A stretch of DNA of 64,000 nucleotides, taken from contig OZ024749.1 in the NCBI GenBank assembly GCA_964016885.1, positions 49,600,001 through 49,664,000 on the forward strand, written 5' to 3'. The notes beneath the pieces were generated by a model that was given only the letters and a program-made list of their open reading frames with translations, was not told the origin of the DNA and did not search any database. Origin of the DNA: Eledone cirrhosa. Taxonomy: Eukaryota. The position numbers and the translations under genes were made by a program. Shown piece by piece: positions 44,676 to 60,363 of this stretch (the first letter of the stretch is position 1; every line of letters starts with the position of its first letter).

Positions 44676-45047
44676 ATACACAGACTCAGAGAGTGAGTGA
44701 TAGATAGAAAGATAGATAGATAGGTAATACATACATGCAGTTTATCTGAGTGTCAGAGTTTAAAGGAGTGAGAGAGAGAGAGACAGAGAACACAATACGT
44801 GATGATTACAGCTGCGCACAAGAATAATATCAAATATAATAATAGAAAATGTGAACTATAATTATTGTATATTCAAGATTTACAGTTATTCTGTAGACAG
44901 ATGTGTACACAATCCGTTTACTGTTTTTGCAAAGACAAGAATCTATATAAGATAATATATTTAGTATAATCTAACACCGAGCCGTAAATACAGACACACA
45001 AATTCATACAAACATATTTACAGAAACGCACGCAGGCACACACACAC

Positions 45048-45133
<86 letters not shown>

Positions 45134-45288
45134 GTATATGCATATATATATATACACATATATATATTATTTATGTAGGTACACATATATAGACAATATA
45201 TCTTTATATATATATATATATAGAGAGAGAGATGAGAGAGAGAGGGGAGAGAAAGAATGAGAGAGGGACTTTATTTGTATATATATAA

Positions 45289-45367
<79 letters not shown>

Positions 45368-45608
45368 TATGGCGAGTGGATTAAGTAGTGGGCGAGTGTG
45401 TGAGAGCGAGAAGTTCTGCCGTCAGAGACCACGTCTCATACAAGGCTATGCTAATTTGGACACCAAGAATGACATGATAGAAAAGAGAGTGAATAGAATA
45501 CATTTCGCGTGAATGTGGAATGGCTTACTGTTGTGCAATGATGGAATTGATTTAGCATCATCAGAGTCCTGCATCATGTTATTGTGAAACAAAACAGATA
45601 CCACATTG

Positions 45609-46808
<1,200 letters not shown>

Positions 46809-47108
46809 GGCAAGAAATAACCTGAGTGAGAGAGAAAGGAAAGAGCATGTGACACTGTGACACTGATATGGGGAGATATACTCACAGACACACAAAAAAC
46901 AGACACACATTCACTATGTTAACCAGTAATTTAGTTACACAACCGACTTGAAATGTATGAGTGTGAACACTAGGTTCCAGCTTTTCTGAATATTTACAAT
47001 ATACTTCCTCTTGTAAGCAAATAACAAACTCCTTGTATTATACTAACTCTAGTAGTAAATACATTTATAGTGAGATGACTAATTAAATATATATGTGAGT
47101 AGCCTTAT

Positions 47109-47289
47109 AATTGTTTCTACTTGTGGCACAAGGCCAGCAATTATCTAGTGCATTACTGGTACTTTATTTTATCGACCCCGTAAGGATGAAAGGCAAAGTT
47201 TACCTCGGCGGGATTTGAACTCAGAACAGCAAAGGCCGTAACTCTATGCGTCAAAGCCTGGCGTCCGCCCCTCTACCGATACTTCCAAT
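47109..47289 (-). mobile_element. SINE family S, near full length
   Basis: Matches the other copies. Confidence 0.92.
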
Positions 47290-47777
47290 ATAATGCGATA
47301 CGTGAACGGGCCATGCGGGTGAATTTTTCTTTTTCGTCCATTTTCATTGTTTTTATGCTTCTACAAACGATGGGTTTTTTTCTATCTACTCGTCTCTCTC
47401 TCTCTTCCTCTCTCCCTCTCTCTCTATCTGTCCCTCTCTCTCTTTCTCGTATATATATATATATATATATATAATTGCTTGCACAGTCTGCGTCTTGTTG
47501 TTTTTTTCGCTGCTTTCTCTTTTACTTCCCTTTTTCACTTGTCCCTTCTATTTTCCTTCTCTTCCTCCTCCGTTTTCCCAATAGCTTACCCAGTTATTGA
47601 ACGCTCTGTGGGTAGATATATTGTATTTAAAGCGTTGAAAAATCCTAAACCACCCCAGTAGACAACTGATGAGGAAACCCACAGCCCTCACACCCCCGTT
47701 CTTGCTTCCTTCCTATTCTCATTCCATTTTTAAGCCTAACTTAACTTCAACTACACAGCCATCCCCTTCTCCATATA

Positions 47778-47849
<72 letters not shown>

Positions 47850-48115
47850 TGAATATCGGTATATCCAGGATGGTGTCTTATATTAATCTAATGTTTGGGG
47901 TAAATGTCTATTTCTACTACATCTTGCATTTTGAGTAACTAGTAAGACCGATCTGTATTAAATGTGTCTTGCTTTACTTCATTCCTGCTGTCTTCTAGTA
48001 TGTTATATTAGAATACTAGAAGTAAAAATGCACAGAATAGTCAGTCTCAACAAACTGTCTAAATGTCTAGATTAATCTATCATAGAGTGAGAGAAGGGGA
48101 GACAGAAGTAGAGTT

Positions 48116-48166
<51 letters not shown>

Positions 48167-48391
48167 TATGTATATGTAGGTTAGTACATCAGTTTACGTG
48201 TATGTACCGGGAGGGAAAGGGAGAGTATATCTAAGAATTAAAGCAGACAATAAAAAAAAGATATTTAAACTGATAATGTATGTCTAGACAGCTTTAAAAT
48301 GATATATTTAAATTTTAATAATGTGGTAATGTAATTTTATTTTCATGCTTTAACAGAGTCAAACCTTATAGCGTTAATGTAGTATATCGAC

Positions 48392-48466
<75 letters not shown>

Positions 48467-48479
48467 ATGCACATACACA

Positions 48480-48525
<46 letters not shown>

Positions 48526-49491
48526 CGTGTGTATCTGTATATATCTGAGTGTGTGTTTTATTATGTTAGTATATATTATTGTGTGCTTTCATTTGAAAGT
48601 TTGGTTAATTTCAAGTATATGTGCTGTCTTTATGTAACATTTAGAAATATATTTCAAGATACTTTACATAATTGCATATGGTATGTATTAGTAATAAATT
48701 GTCAAATTATGGACAGGAACAGAAGTTATTTGGTTGCAGGTTCGAAAGAGCTACTATGAGCTTTACTGAATTGCAATGGCTGTGCATTTCATTTGAAAAC
48801 ACAAGTAGATTTTTTTTTATGATTAGCTCCTTGCAAATACACCACATAAAATACTTGGATAGGCAAAGTTGAGGCATCGCAATCATTTATATAATAAAAA
48901 CGACACGTGTTATAGGTGAAAAGTTCATGTACCAGAAAGAATAGGAAACCGGAACGAATATTCGACCATCATGCAATAAATTCACAAGATCAAAAAAGCA
49001 ACGTTGAATTAAATATGTTTCCTACATTCCTAAAGGCCTGACACTCAATCGAAGTCAATTACATTAGAGTCAGAAGCTGACAAATTCCAGTCCCTTAACA
49101 GAGATAATGCATGTGTTAATAAATATCCAAAGAAACAACACCACAATAATATTATAATGTTGATGCTGCTAATGTTGCTGAAGAAGAAGAAGCACATACA
49201 TGAGCGTTCACTTCAGTAAACAAAACAGAAAGAACGATGTGAAATTTGGAGAAAGGGAAAGGGCGTGTGATATATTTAAAGTATATAAATAAGCAGAAAT
49301 GGGTAGAAAATCATTTGATGTATAATACCAAATTGTCGGCTGAATACTAGACAAGGTATTCATTAAGTTAATTAATTAACACTAATTGAAGCATATCCAG
49401 CAGTTTGGTATCATTCAGAAGAAAGTGCTTTAAATTCATAAACACATATATATATACACACATACTTACATTATATAATATATATATATAT

Positions 49492-49679
49492 ATGAGTTTA
49501 TTCCGGGTTCAATCGGGGGTAACCACAGTAAGGTACTCAATACAAAGCAGATTAAAAATATTTAATGTAGAAATTTTTCTAGAGGACTAGAACTATTTTA
49601 TTCCGGAGAAATCATCAGGAAGCACTGAAGATTTCTGATGATTTTTTCCGGAACGAAACAGTTCTAGTCATGTAGAATC
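49492..49679. mobile_element. Fold-back PLE-terminal-repeat-like piece with a degenerate HHR core
   Basis: gactagaacta...tcatcag is inverted as CTGATGA ttttttccggaac GAAA cagttcta GTC; shares aaggtactcaatac with family T. Confidence 0.55.
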
Positions 49680-49680
49680 G

Positions 49681-50214
49681 TGTCCCCATCTTGTTTTGTT
49701 GTTAACACAACGTTTCGGCTGATGTACTCTCCAGCCTTCATTAGGTGTCCCAGTGATGTAATTATTAACGTTTGATCAGGTCACTGCCTATAATTGTACT
49801 CGGAATCTTAAGGTTAGCAGCCCGCTTTTTAACCACTTTTTTTTTTTTCGTGAATTTTTAGGGCTTATAAACTGATATTTTCCTATCCTTCCTCAATACC
49901 GGTTCCCATATACTACTCATATCTGCACTAGGTCTGCTTAATAGGTTAGTTTGTCCTAGCATATGTGCTGCCCATTTTAGTTTTAGCGCCTTCCAGTGGT
50001 GTTCTCTGTCTATTATATTAACTTCATCCCACCTTCCCCTGTGGTTAAAAAGCGGGCTACTAACCTCACGATTCCGAGTACAATTCTAGGCAGTGACCTG
50101 TACAAGCGTTAATAAAACATCTCTCGGACACCTGATGAAGGCTGGAGAGTACATCAGCCGAAACGTTGTGTTAACAACAAAACAAGATGAGGACACCTAT
50201 CCGTCGAATGTATA

Positions 50215-50216
<2 letters not shown>
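49681..50216 (-). mobile_element. Short PLE remnant: GIY-YIG C-terminus between ~155-bp inverted terminal repeats
   Basis: Arms at 49681-49836 and 50041-50195. The interior minus strand reads WDEVNIIDREHHWKALKLKWAAHMLGQTNLLSRPSADMSSIWEPVL, resembling a Penelope/Poseidon-type endonuclease tail. Confidence 0.85.
50127..50172 (+). ncRNA. Minimal type I hammerhead ribozyme
   Basis: gacac CTGATGA a-ggctg gagagtacat cagcc GAAA cg TT gtgtt; stem III reduced to palindromic AACGTT. The left-arm copy has the core mutated to CTAATGA. Confidence 0.72.
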
Positions 50217-50249
<33 letters not shown>

Positions 50250-50254
50250 AATTG

Positions 50255-50296
<42 letters not shown>

Positions 50297-51176
50297 GTGT
50301 GTGTGTGTGTGTGTGCGTGTGTGTGTGTGTGTGTGTGTGCGTGTGTGTGAGTGTTAATGCATGTGTAAACAATAGCATAAACAAATGAATAGAAAGAAGA
50401 AAAGATAGAAGTAAAAAGTGTTAAACACCGAACCAATACAAGCGTTAAAGAATAACAGGAAGTGAAGATCTCATTCAGCCACGCTTAGACAGTAATGCAC
50501 TTGAATATAACGAATAATTCGGACCGCAGATACTTATATACAAGTAAGTCTTCCCATATTCATAAACCTGTGCAAAAATAAAAACATTTCATTCATTCTT
50601 TTTCTTTCCTTTGCTGTGTGTAGTTACATGGAGGGAATGTTGGCCGTCGTAAAAAAAGATAGAAAAACAAATTGAATCGTGCACATATATCTTTTCGCTT
50701 GCCCAGCCCATTCATCTATATTTAGGATAATATTTCATGAATGAATAAAGTATGTCACGGGATTATCTATCAACCTTTGGTGCGATAAAAAACATTGAAG
50801 TTGATTTATATATCTGGTTGGAAAATGTTTATATATGTTAGTTTATGTTAGTGTTGTTGTTTACTAACAGTGAACCGTGGATGGGTACATCACTAACAAA
50901 ATGAGCACCCTGCTTCAGGTATAATCTTTCTATAACTGAATTATCCATCCACCCCTTATATTTTAGAAACCTCGTTGTTAGCGATTCAACTGAGATTTTG
51001 CTGCTATTTTTACAAATCGCGCAGCCACGTAGAGTTTATCTCGTTGGTAAAATTCCAAGTGCATATGTAGGTGTGTGATTGTGTGTGCCTATTTCTGTGT
51101 GCATGTTTGTGTGAGCGTGTGTGCGTACGTGTGTGTGTTAGTCTATAAAAGTGTTCATGCATACAGAAAAATACAC

Positions 51177-51460
<284 letters not shown>

Positions 51461-51918
51461 GTATAAACATACACTTAATTATATACATAAATACATAGAT
51501 ATAGTGGGTACATTTCATTCTGAATGTGTGCATCTGTGTATGTGTGTGCATACAAACATTGACGCCTCAAACAACTGCAGATTTATACAAGCGAACTAAA
51601 AGCTACATTGCATATACTGGAATATATCATTAGTAAAAGGTAGCACCGTTGAAGCAGTAAGTGAAGAAGAGCGTAATAAGGCTCACTTAGATGATTAAGT
51701 TGGGAAGAATATGGCCTAGACGCCAGGGATATGTTATACTACAACTATATACACCTCGTGTATTAACTAGACTAGAAAACATTCGATTTTTCATACTGGA
51801 GGTAGCTTTTAAAAGCTAACTGATGTTGCAGAAAATCTTAGCACATTCTACATTATTTTTCAACTTCTAATATATGAACGTTAGAATATGCCAAAAGTGT
51901 CTATAAGCATATGTACAC

Positions 51919-51982
<64 letters not shown>

Positions 51983-51986
<4 letters not shown>

Positions 51987-52175
51987 CGAAGGAAATGTGG
52001 TAAGGAACCAGCTGGACCATAACGCACCAAAGTACTCAATACTTAGGGTAGTAGAGTGGGTAATAGGAACGAGTGGGACCCTGACGGCTGAGCTGAAGCC
52101 GTTTCGACGGCTAATTCTGAGTCCAGAATTAGCCGTCGAAACGGCTTCAGCTCAGCCGTCGGGGTCCTACTCGTT

Positions 52176-52178
<3 letters not shown>
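51983..52178. mobile_element. Family T fold-back copy
   Basis: Same termini as 20264; palindrome centred near 52121. Confidence 0.88.
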
Positions 52179-52210
<32 letters not shown>

Positions 52211-52992
52211 TATATATATAAGGAAACTGATACCTAGAGGGGGAGAGGAATATGAATATGAATTGATTTTCTGAGATGTATTGTGGTAAAGAAGGTACTC
52301 ACACACACTTACACCCTCATTCACACATAAACTCACTCACACACACACATACACTCACCCACACACACACTTACATACACCCACACAGAAAATAAAAGAG
52401 AGAATCAATCCAGCATGGGTGCACGATAATATGCGTGGATGCTTTAGCTTTCGATTCAAACAAGGAAAATGATATGAAATAAAAGGAAGAAAAAATAACA
52501 TAACATGGAAACGTCATTGTATTAAGAAAATATAATACCTATTGTTAAACACGAGATATATTTCATAGACAATATACAATGGTTTTTGATAATTTACTTT
52601 TCAAGTATATTTGAGGAGGAAGCCATATCATAAATTATTGTGATGTCATACAACTTTTTTTTCCTAAATATAGCTTATTCTAAATTCCAAAAATCCATAT
52701 AATATATATTTGTCGTTTTTTTTTTTAATGATATTGATTTCTGTAGATATTAGCAAATGAAAGAGGACACAGAATCGCAAATGATATTCTAATAGTCTTA
52801 AACATTGTATCCTCATTCAAACTTTCAGTTCAAGAAGATATATATACGATGTTAACATAACATTTGTAGATGTTTACTCTAATATGTACCTGTAGATCTC
52901 ACTCCCCACGACTATCTATATCTGTCGCTCACGGGCACACACACACTCTCGCTCTCTCAACACACACCCACACACCCACACACCCACGCACA

Positions 52993-53109
<117 letters not shown>

Positions 53110-53529
53110 GTATATATACTCCATTTTCCTATTCTATGTTTGAAAGATTGTATCTATAAGTTGAAAACATATAAAGAATCTATTTATAGTTCAGGTGGCA
53201 AGATAGAACGCTTGTTTCATTTCAATGTGTTTATGTGTGTTTGTCTATAGATATGTATATAGACTTGTCTCGTATTTACTAATGCTATACACGTTAAAAA
53301 AAAACCTTCGCACACATACATTTACTTTATCCTATATTTAATTAGAAAACAGATGTACCTATCAATTGTTTCATTAAAACTATTATTTCAACAGAAGAAT
53401 GCAGCATAGATTTGTTTCTGCTGTATGAATGGATTCGCAACCTGCAACAACTTATCTGTCTGTCTATCTATGTTTTCAGTGTCTCACACATACACAAACC
53501 CTCTCTCATCAGTCTCTCTTCCCCTATAT

Positions 53530-53654
<125 letters not shown>

Positions 53655-53719
53655 ATATACCTATGTGTCCGTGTATGAGCAAGGGTCCGCTTCGGTGCCT
53701 ATCTGTGTGTGTGTATATA

Positions 53720-53775
53720 TATATAAGTATGTATACGTACATACATTTATATATATATACAGATGTACAGTAGTA

Positions 53776-53843
<68 letters not shown>

Positions 53844-53942
53844 CATGCACACATATATATATATATATATATAAGTATGGATTCACCGAACATTTATTAT
53901 AATGCCCGGTGTGTTTGTCAACAAACATCCCGAATTTTTTCC

Positions 53943-53945
<3 letters not shown>
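53720..53945 (-). mobile_element. Diverged partial copy of the 23627 element (no HHR)
   Basis: aagtatgtatacgtacatac...gtacagtagtatgtac...accgaacatttattataatgc...gtttgtcaacaaaca. Confidence 0.75.
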
Positions 53946-53993
<48 letters not shown>

Positions 53994-54067
53994 TTTATTA
54001 AAATAACAGATTAAAGTTTAAGCAAAGAATCGCAGCTTTCACCCTTAACGGGATCTTCTGAAACTCA

Positions 54068-54160
<93 letters not shown>

Positions 54161-54163
<3 letters not shown>

Positions 54164-54300
54164 ACAAAGGAATTGTAGTAAGGAACCAGATGGACTATAA
54201 CGCACCTGAGTACTCAATACTTAGAGTAGTAGATTCGGAAATAGGAAAAAGTATTTCCCCGACGGCACAGCTCAAGCCGTTTCGACGGCTATTTCTGGAG
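54161..54300 (-). mobile_element. Family T, diverged copy without a fold-back arm
   Basis: ataacaaagg...gtactcaatacttag...cccgacggcacagctcaagccgtttcgacggctatttctgg. Confidence 0.85.
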
Positions 54301-54321
54301 TATATTCATACGTACATGTAC

Positions 54322-54378
<57 letters not shown>

Positions 54379-54404
54379 GATATAAAGGTATGTATATGTA
54401 TATA

Positions 54405-54475
<71 letters not shown>

Positions 54476-54776
54476 TTATATATATATATAACGAGAGACA
54501 GAGAGAGAAAGAGGGGGGGGGGGGGTACAAAGATAGAAATAAAGATCGATCTTTGTGTATAAAGTTAAAAGTAGGTGACTATATAAGCGCGCTTGTCTTC
54601 TAATGATATATTTGTACAGGTGGAACAACGCTCTTGTATAATAATATACATACTATTTACATAATGCACATGAAAGAAAACTTGGTTGCATAGAAACTTT
54701 CTTTCATTTATGTATCGTTGTGTTCTTTCAATCTGAACATAACTCAACGAGTGATTTACAGCAACACCAGTATGCA

Positions 54777-54837
<61 letters not shown>

Positions 54838-55112
54838 TTTTTTGCAAAGTTTTCTTAGCTGAAAGCGTGTGTTGATACAGATAATGCTATAGTTTGAGAA
54901 GGTCATGCTGCCAAAAAATACCACACACACCTGATTGTATTCACTTCACCCTATTAGGCATTTTCGGTTCGTCAACTGGGTAGTTCGATGACAATATATA
55001 ATCAACTATCTGGTTATCGAAATAACCAACCGAGAATATAAAATTAATTGAAGTGTAAACCAACAGTCGCCTGTGCTTTTATTGGCTGCATGGCCCTCCA
55101 AAATTATAACAA

Positions 55113-55158
<46 letters not shown>

Positions 55159-55601
55159 AATTAAAATGTCGAATTAGAAATATAAATCAGCATTATCCAT
55201 CATCAGTGGTCTACAAGCCATCATAGATATTTCTTCGCATTAAAGAGCAGATACCTCAGTTATTGTGATAAAAGAATTGGGTCGAGAAAGAGAGACAGGT
55301 AACAAACAGGGATGGTGAGGCAATATATATATATATAAGGGTGAAAGCAGCGATTCTTTGCTTACACTTTAATCTGTTATTTTAATAAATATATATATAT
55401 ATATATACATATATGTGTGTATATATATATATCGTTTCATTACCATCTTTGTGTGTCTACTGTCTCACTCGTTCCCCCTATTTACGTGTCCCAACGACTT
55501 TCTTTAGCCGTTGCTCGCACCAACCAGAGGTATATGGTCTTTAAAGCGATGAAATACCAATGAAGACTGGAAGATCACTGATGAAGGAGTAAATTTATTC
55601 A

Positions 55602-55652
<51 letters not shown>

Positions 55653-55657
55653 ATATG

Positions 55658-55688
<31 letters not shown>

Positions 55689-55693
55689 ATATG

Positions 55694-55774
<81 letters not shown>

Positions 55775-58466
55775 TGGTGGTATGTATATATAACTGTATT
55801 GATAAATTGATAGGTAAGCTTTGCTTGTCTGAAATGGAGAGAGTATTAGTGACAATTTAAATCACTGACAAACATTACGATAATGTACTATACGCCATGT
55901 GGCACAGTTACACAGATATATCTTACTGACACGCTTATTGATATAAACTATTACGCACCACTCTACCTTCATGTAAGCATAGGCACACGCATACAGACAC
56001 ACACATTATATATACTTATATATATCTATACTTATATATATATATATATTTAAGTATATATATGTACATATGCATATACATAGAATCATACATACATGTA
56101 GAATGTGTAGTGCATTGACTGACAGGGGGATGCATCCGTTTATGTATTGTAGATTCTTATTGATTTTTTGTTCTTTCTGCTGCTGTTTTGTATTAGAAAT
56201 TCATGCCTATTTCTTAGACATTCTTTCTACACATGTGCACATGACAATTTAGAAACAAGCACAGCAATATCAAACAAAATTCACTTTTAAGAAATACTAT
56301 ATAAGTTATAATGATAGAAAAAGCGTTAATACCTAATACTAGAGAGGTATGCCATCAAATGTTTTAGTAAATATATACTTCGCTGAATTCGCCTCTCAAC
56401 ATTCGACTACTAATTTAATACATATTTACTTCATGTCTTCGTCCAGAGTATGTCCCCATATATATATTCATATACAGAAAAATCACACACACATATATAT
56501 AGACACATTCCCTCACACACATACATATATATAGGATGTTGTTGGAATAGAATATGAATCAGCATTATTTTATAAAACTCATCGATGAATCGCCGTCGGA
56601 TGAGGATTTGTTCACTCAAGGTTTACGCCGCATCAAACTCCGCTAGCACCAACCATTTTCAAAACATTTCTACTAACAAACAACACTTATTACAAAAACA
56701 TCTGTGTACGACCGTGATAATTCAACAAGTGCTCTATTGTTTTTGGGGAGTAGAAATGCAAAATATTAAATAAATCACAAAGACCCCTGGGTTATATACA
56801 ACGAGTAATGTTGTGAGATAATTCATTGCAATAAATGGAAATGATTTGCTCTTGGGCAAAACCGGACTTTTGTGGATCATAATATGCTGGTATATTCCAT
56901 TATTATATGCAGTCCTACTCTGAATTATTAGATTGCTCTCTTAATATGTCATTTAATTTTCTGAAATTAATTCTTAATTATTTGGAATTGAATACAATCT
57001 TTTTCGGAAAGCTGTCAATAATTACATTTGTGGTTTTATTTTCCTTCTACAAATGTGAAAGAAATTTAAGGTTTAGAAAATATATTGTCTTCAGCATTCA
57101 GTACGCCATCCCTTATACAATTTGCGTGAAGAAATAAGGACGAACTACAAGTAGAGTGCAAATAAATAACAAAGAAAACTTCATTAAGTAAGTCGTTTGG
57201 TTTAAACTGAATCTAGTTATTTGACTTAAGCACGAAACAATTCGGTTTACTCTAACACAATTGTGCTGCGCCTTCTGTCACACTTCGTATACACAACGTC
57301 AATTGAACTTCGTCTATGACAGCATTTGTACCTATGAATGGTAATATTTCCTAGGGGTAGTGGTTTAACGTTTAACCTTAATTATCATTTCAGATAGTAC
57401 GTGAAGAACATGACGTTCAACTGTGTCCAAATTTGGATCTAAATAAGAAGCAATAAAATATGTGTTATGTCTATCGCCAAGAGAAGTCTTTGATAGCCAG
57501 ATCCATCACTAATATCATATACATATTTCTAAATACGAACCAATACATATCGATATTGAATGTATGCTTATTATCTGGTTTCACCATCCTAAAAGAATCT
57601 CGGAAATATAGTTGGCTTCTCCAACATTATCCAGCTTATTTAGGTTATTCGGAAACACCAGATGTGGTAGTGCTAATGACGATGCTGAGGTGTGTGATGA
57701 TCATAAAACCGTTGAGATGATAGTGTTTGTGATGGTGATAATGTTTGTGGTGATGATGATTCAAGGGCAGAGAAACGAGAAAGTATATGAATGGATTTAC
57801 CATTTTTGCAGATGTTGTTGTTAGATAGGTTTGTGATGAAAATAAATAAGCTGATTATAATGATGATGATAACGAATATACGTTTTTTTTTAATTATGAT
57901 GAGTTCTATGGTATTGAGAATAATAATGGCTATGATCATATTACAACGATCATTATGATGTAGTTGGTGTGTAGAAACACGCCGTGCTTTCCTCTCTTGG
58001 GTGAAAGTAAATTAACCGATATTCGTGACATTCCTGGGGGCATTAGGTGCAAGATGTAAAGTATTGAAGATTCAAAAGCAGAAAGACGTTTCCATTCGAC
58101 CGTAAAATTACAGCCTTACTATGGCCATATGTCAAACATTGAAATTGGGACAAGTGGAAAAGAGAAATAAAAACTAAAAGAAAAAAAAAGAATATCAATA
58201 TCAACAAAGAAAAACTGATTTCCTACGTTAATACTAATCTAAATTAAATAGCTTGAGGTTAATATTTGACACGTTTCTCCGCAATTTATTACTGCTATAT
58301 ATAATAAATGAAGAACGATTTTACTGTTAGTTAGTTTATTACAGCTTTCAGGCATATACCTATTAAAAAAAATACATTACATCGAAATTTGAGTTCAGAA
58401 CGTAGAGTAATATAAAAAGTTACTGATCAATATTTTGTTTGTAGTTTAATATTTACGATATATAAA

Positions 58467-58571
58467 TAATTGTTTCTACTTTTGGCACAAGGCCAGCAAA
58501 TAACCAGTGTATTACTGGTACTTTATTTTATCGAACCCATAAGGATGAAAGGCAAAGTTAACCTCGTCGGG
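58467..58571 (-). mobile_element. SINE family S, truncated
   Basis: Tail and central domain. Confidence 0.88.
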
Positions 58572-58894
58572 TGAAAGTAAATATATAAATAATAGAACCA
58601 GTAAATATATAAATAATAGTAAACATAAATAAAAGTAAATATATAAATAATAGAACCAAACAATATGTATTTATGATCACTTGAAAAGTTTATGTTTGTC
58701 ATTCGAAACTAAGGAGTCCGAAGGTGACAACGTTGAGATAGTAAATAGTTCAATCCAACTTTGTAGTTTCTAAGAGTTTGTTTGAACTATCACACAAATG
58801 ATCACCAAAGCATACGGTAATATATTTTTGGAAATGAAACTCAGGCTAAATAATTATACTAAAATATAAAGGTTGTCTCAAGACAGGAAGCTCA

Positions 58895-59100
58895 TCAGGC
58901 CGGTAATTATCATTGTTTCATGGCATGAAGAAACTGAGAGTAAAAGACACTCCACTGGACAGGATGCCTGTCAATCGTAGGGATAACCTCCCAGTTTATG
59001 CTCGTACTCATTGTCAGCTGTGAATACTGGAGCAACGTGGAATAAGTAGGTTGCACTTGAACACAGCACACAACCCAACCCACTAAACGAACCTATGACA
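58895..59100 (-). mobile_element. Degenerate copy of a second SINE family (CORE-like central region)
   Basis: gtactcattgtcagctgtgaatactggagcaacgtggaataagt...gaacacagcac is the reverse of a CORE-like tgtgttc..g.caa..acttatt.cacgttgctccagt...cagctg word. Confidence 0.55.
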
Positions 59101-59104
59101 TTAT

Positions 59105-59278
59105 AATTGTTTCTACCTTTGGCACAAGGCCAGCAATTACCCAGTACATTACTGGTACTTTATGTTATCGATCCCGTAATGATGAAAGGCAAAGTTTACC
59201 TCGGCCGGATTTGAACTCAGAATGGAAAGAACCGTAACTCTATGCGTCAAAGCATAGAGTTACGGCCCATTCCATTCT
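59105..59278 (-). mobile_element. SINE family S whose 5' end folds back on itself
   Basis: agaatggaa...ccgtaactctatgc gtcaaa gcatagagttacgg...ttccattct. Confidence 0.88.
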
Positions 59279-59968
59279 AATAGTAGTCCAGAAGAATCAA
59301 AATAATACGACTTTGGATAATCCTAAAGATTTACCCCGGCTTCTGTTAACTTGATCAAACATTTGCTGTATCAATTTCATAAAGAATTAAGTTACAAGTG
59401 CAACACACATTGACGAGAAATATATATCCGTTGACAAGCTAATGACATATATAGGATATTGGATGGGCAACTAATATTTAATGCGACCCCAGTAATTTAC
59501 TCTACGTACTTAAAGGAATATTAACAAAGCGAATGCAAAGTTGGTATCGGTAAAAGTTGTTCTCCAGTCAAAGTAAGATTATATAATTAAATTTCGGGTC
59601 TGTATTTACGGGATATTCTTCTCCTTCGTGCAATATTTGATATATGATTGAATTAGCTGTCACAGTGCTCACTAAGAACACGTAAATCGATACATTTTCA
59701 TGGCTCTTGCTATGATATATTATGAGTTTCTAAAACATCGTCACGTATCTTTCGGTAGACTGTGAAAGATGAACACTTTCTAAAATCACTTCAAGCTAGT
59801 ACTAAAGTTCGAGCCAAACTATACAGGAATGGTTAAATAAAATATAATTACAGATTTACACACATAAACACAGACAAACACACACATACAGATACACATA
59901 CATACATCCATACATTCACACTGATTAACGAAATTGTACACTCTGGCCTACTAGGTCCTAATTATAAT

Positions 59969-60127
59969 AATTGTTTCTACGTGTGGCACAAGGTCAGTAA
60001 TTAGCCCAGTGCATTACTGGTACTATAATTTATGGACCCTATAAGGATGAAAGGCAAAGTTAATCTCGGCGGGATTTGAACTCTTTGCTGCAAAGAATGG
60101 CGTCTGATCCTCTACCAATACTGCCAA
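59969..60127 (-). mobile_element. SINE family S with an internal deletion
   Basis: Tail, central domain, B box and A-box end. Confidence 0.88.
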
Positions 60128-60296
60128 AATACGAACCTAACTGATCATTTAGTGAGTGAGGAAACGACCGAGGCTATCTCTTTTCTATTCGACATGCTAC
60201 GTCTCTTATATATATATATGTGTATATTACCCGATTTTCTCAAATATAAGCGACAAGAAACTTCTCTGGTTGAGACGCATATCATATATGTACGTG

Positions 60297-60360
<64 letters not shown>

Positions 60361-60363
<3 letters not shown>

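Noticed and set aside
47605-47685. CTGATGA-G-GAAAC-ccacag with upstream ctgtgggTA (type III HHR-like)
   Set aside because: Stem III pairs, but stem II is absent and stem I does not form.
50041-50098. Functional tRNA gene
   Set aside because: Lacks the 5' acceptor strand and has a degenerate T loop; treated as a tRNA-derived part of a repeat.
55578-55600. CTGATGAaggag... next to (TA)n, and a reverse CTGATGA near 55200
   Set aside because: No GAAA half or closing stems; at most truncated remnants.
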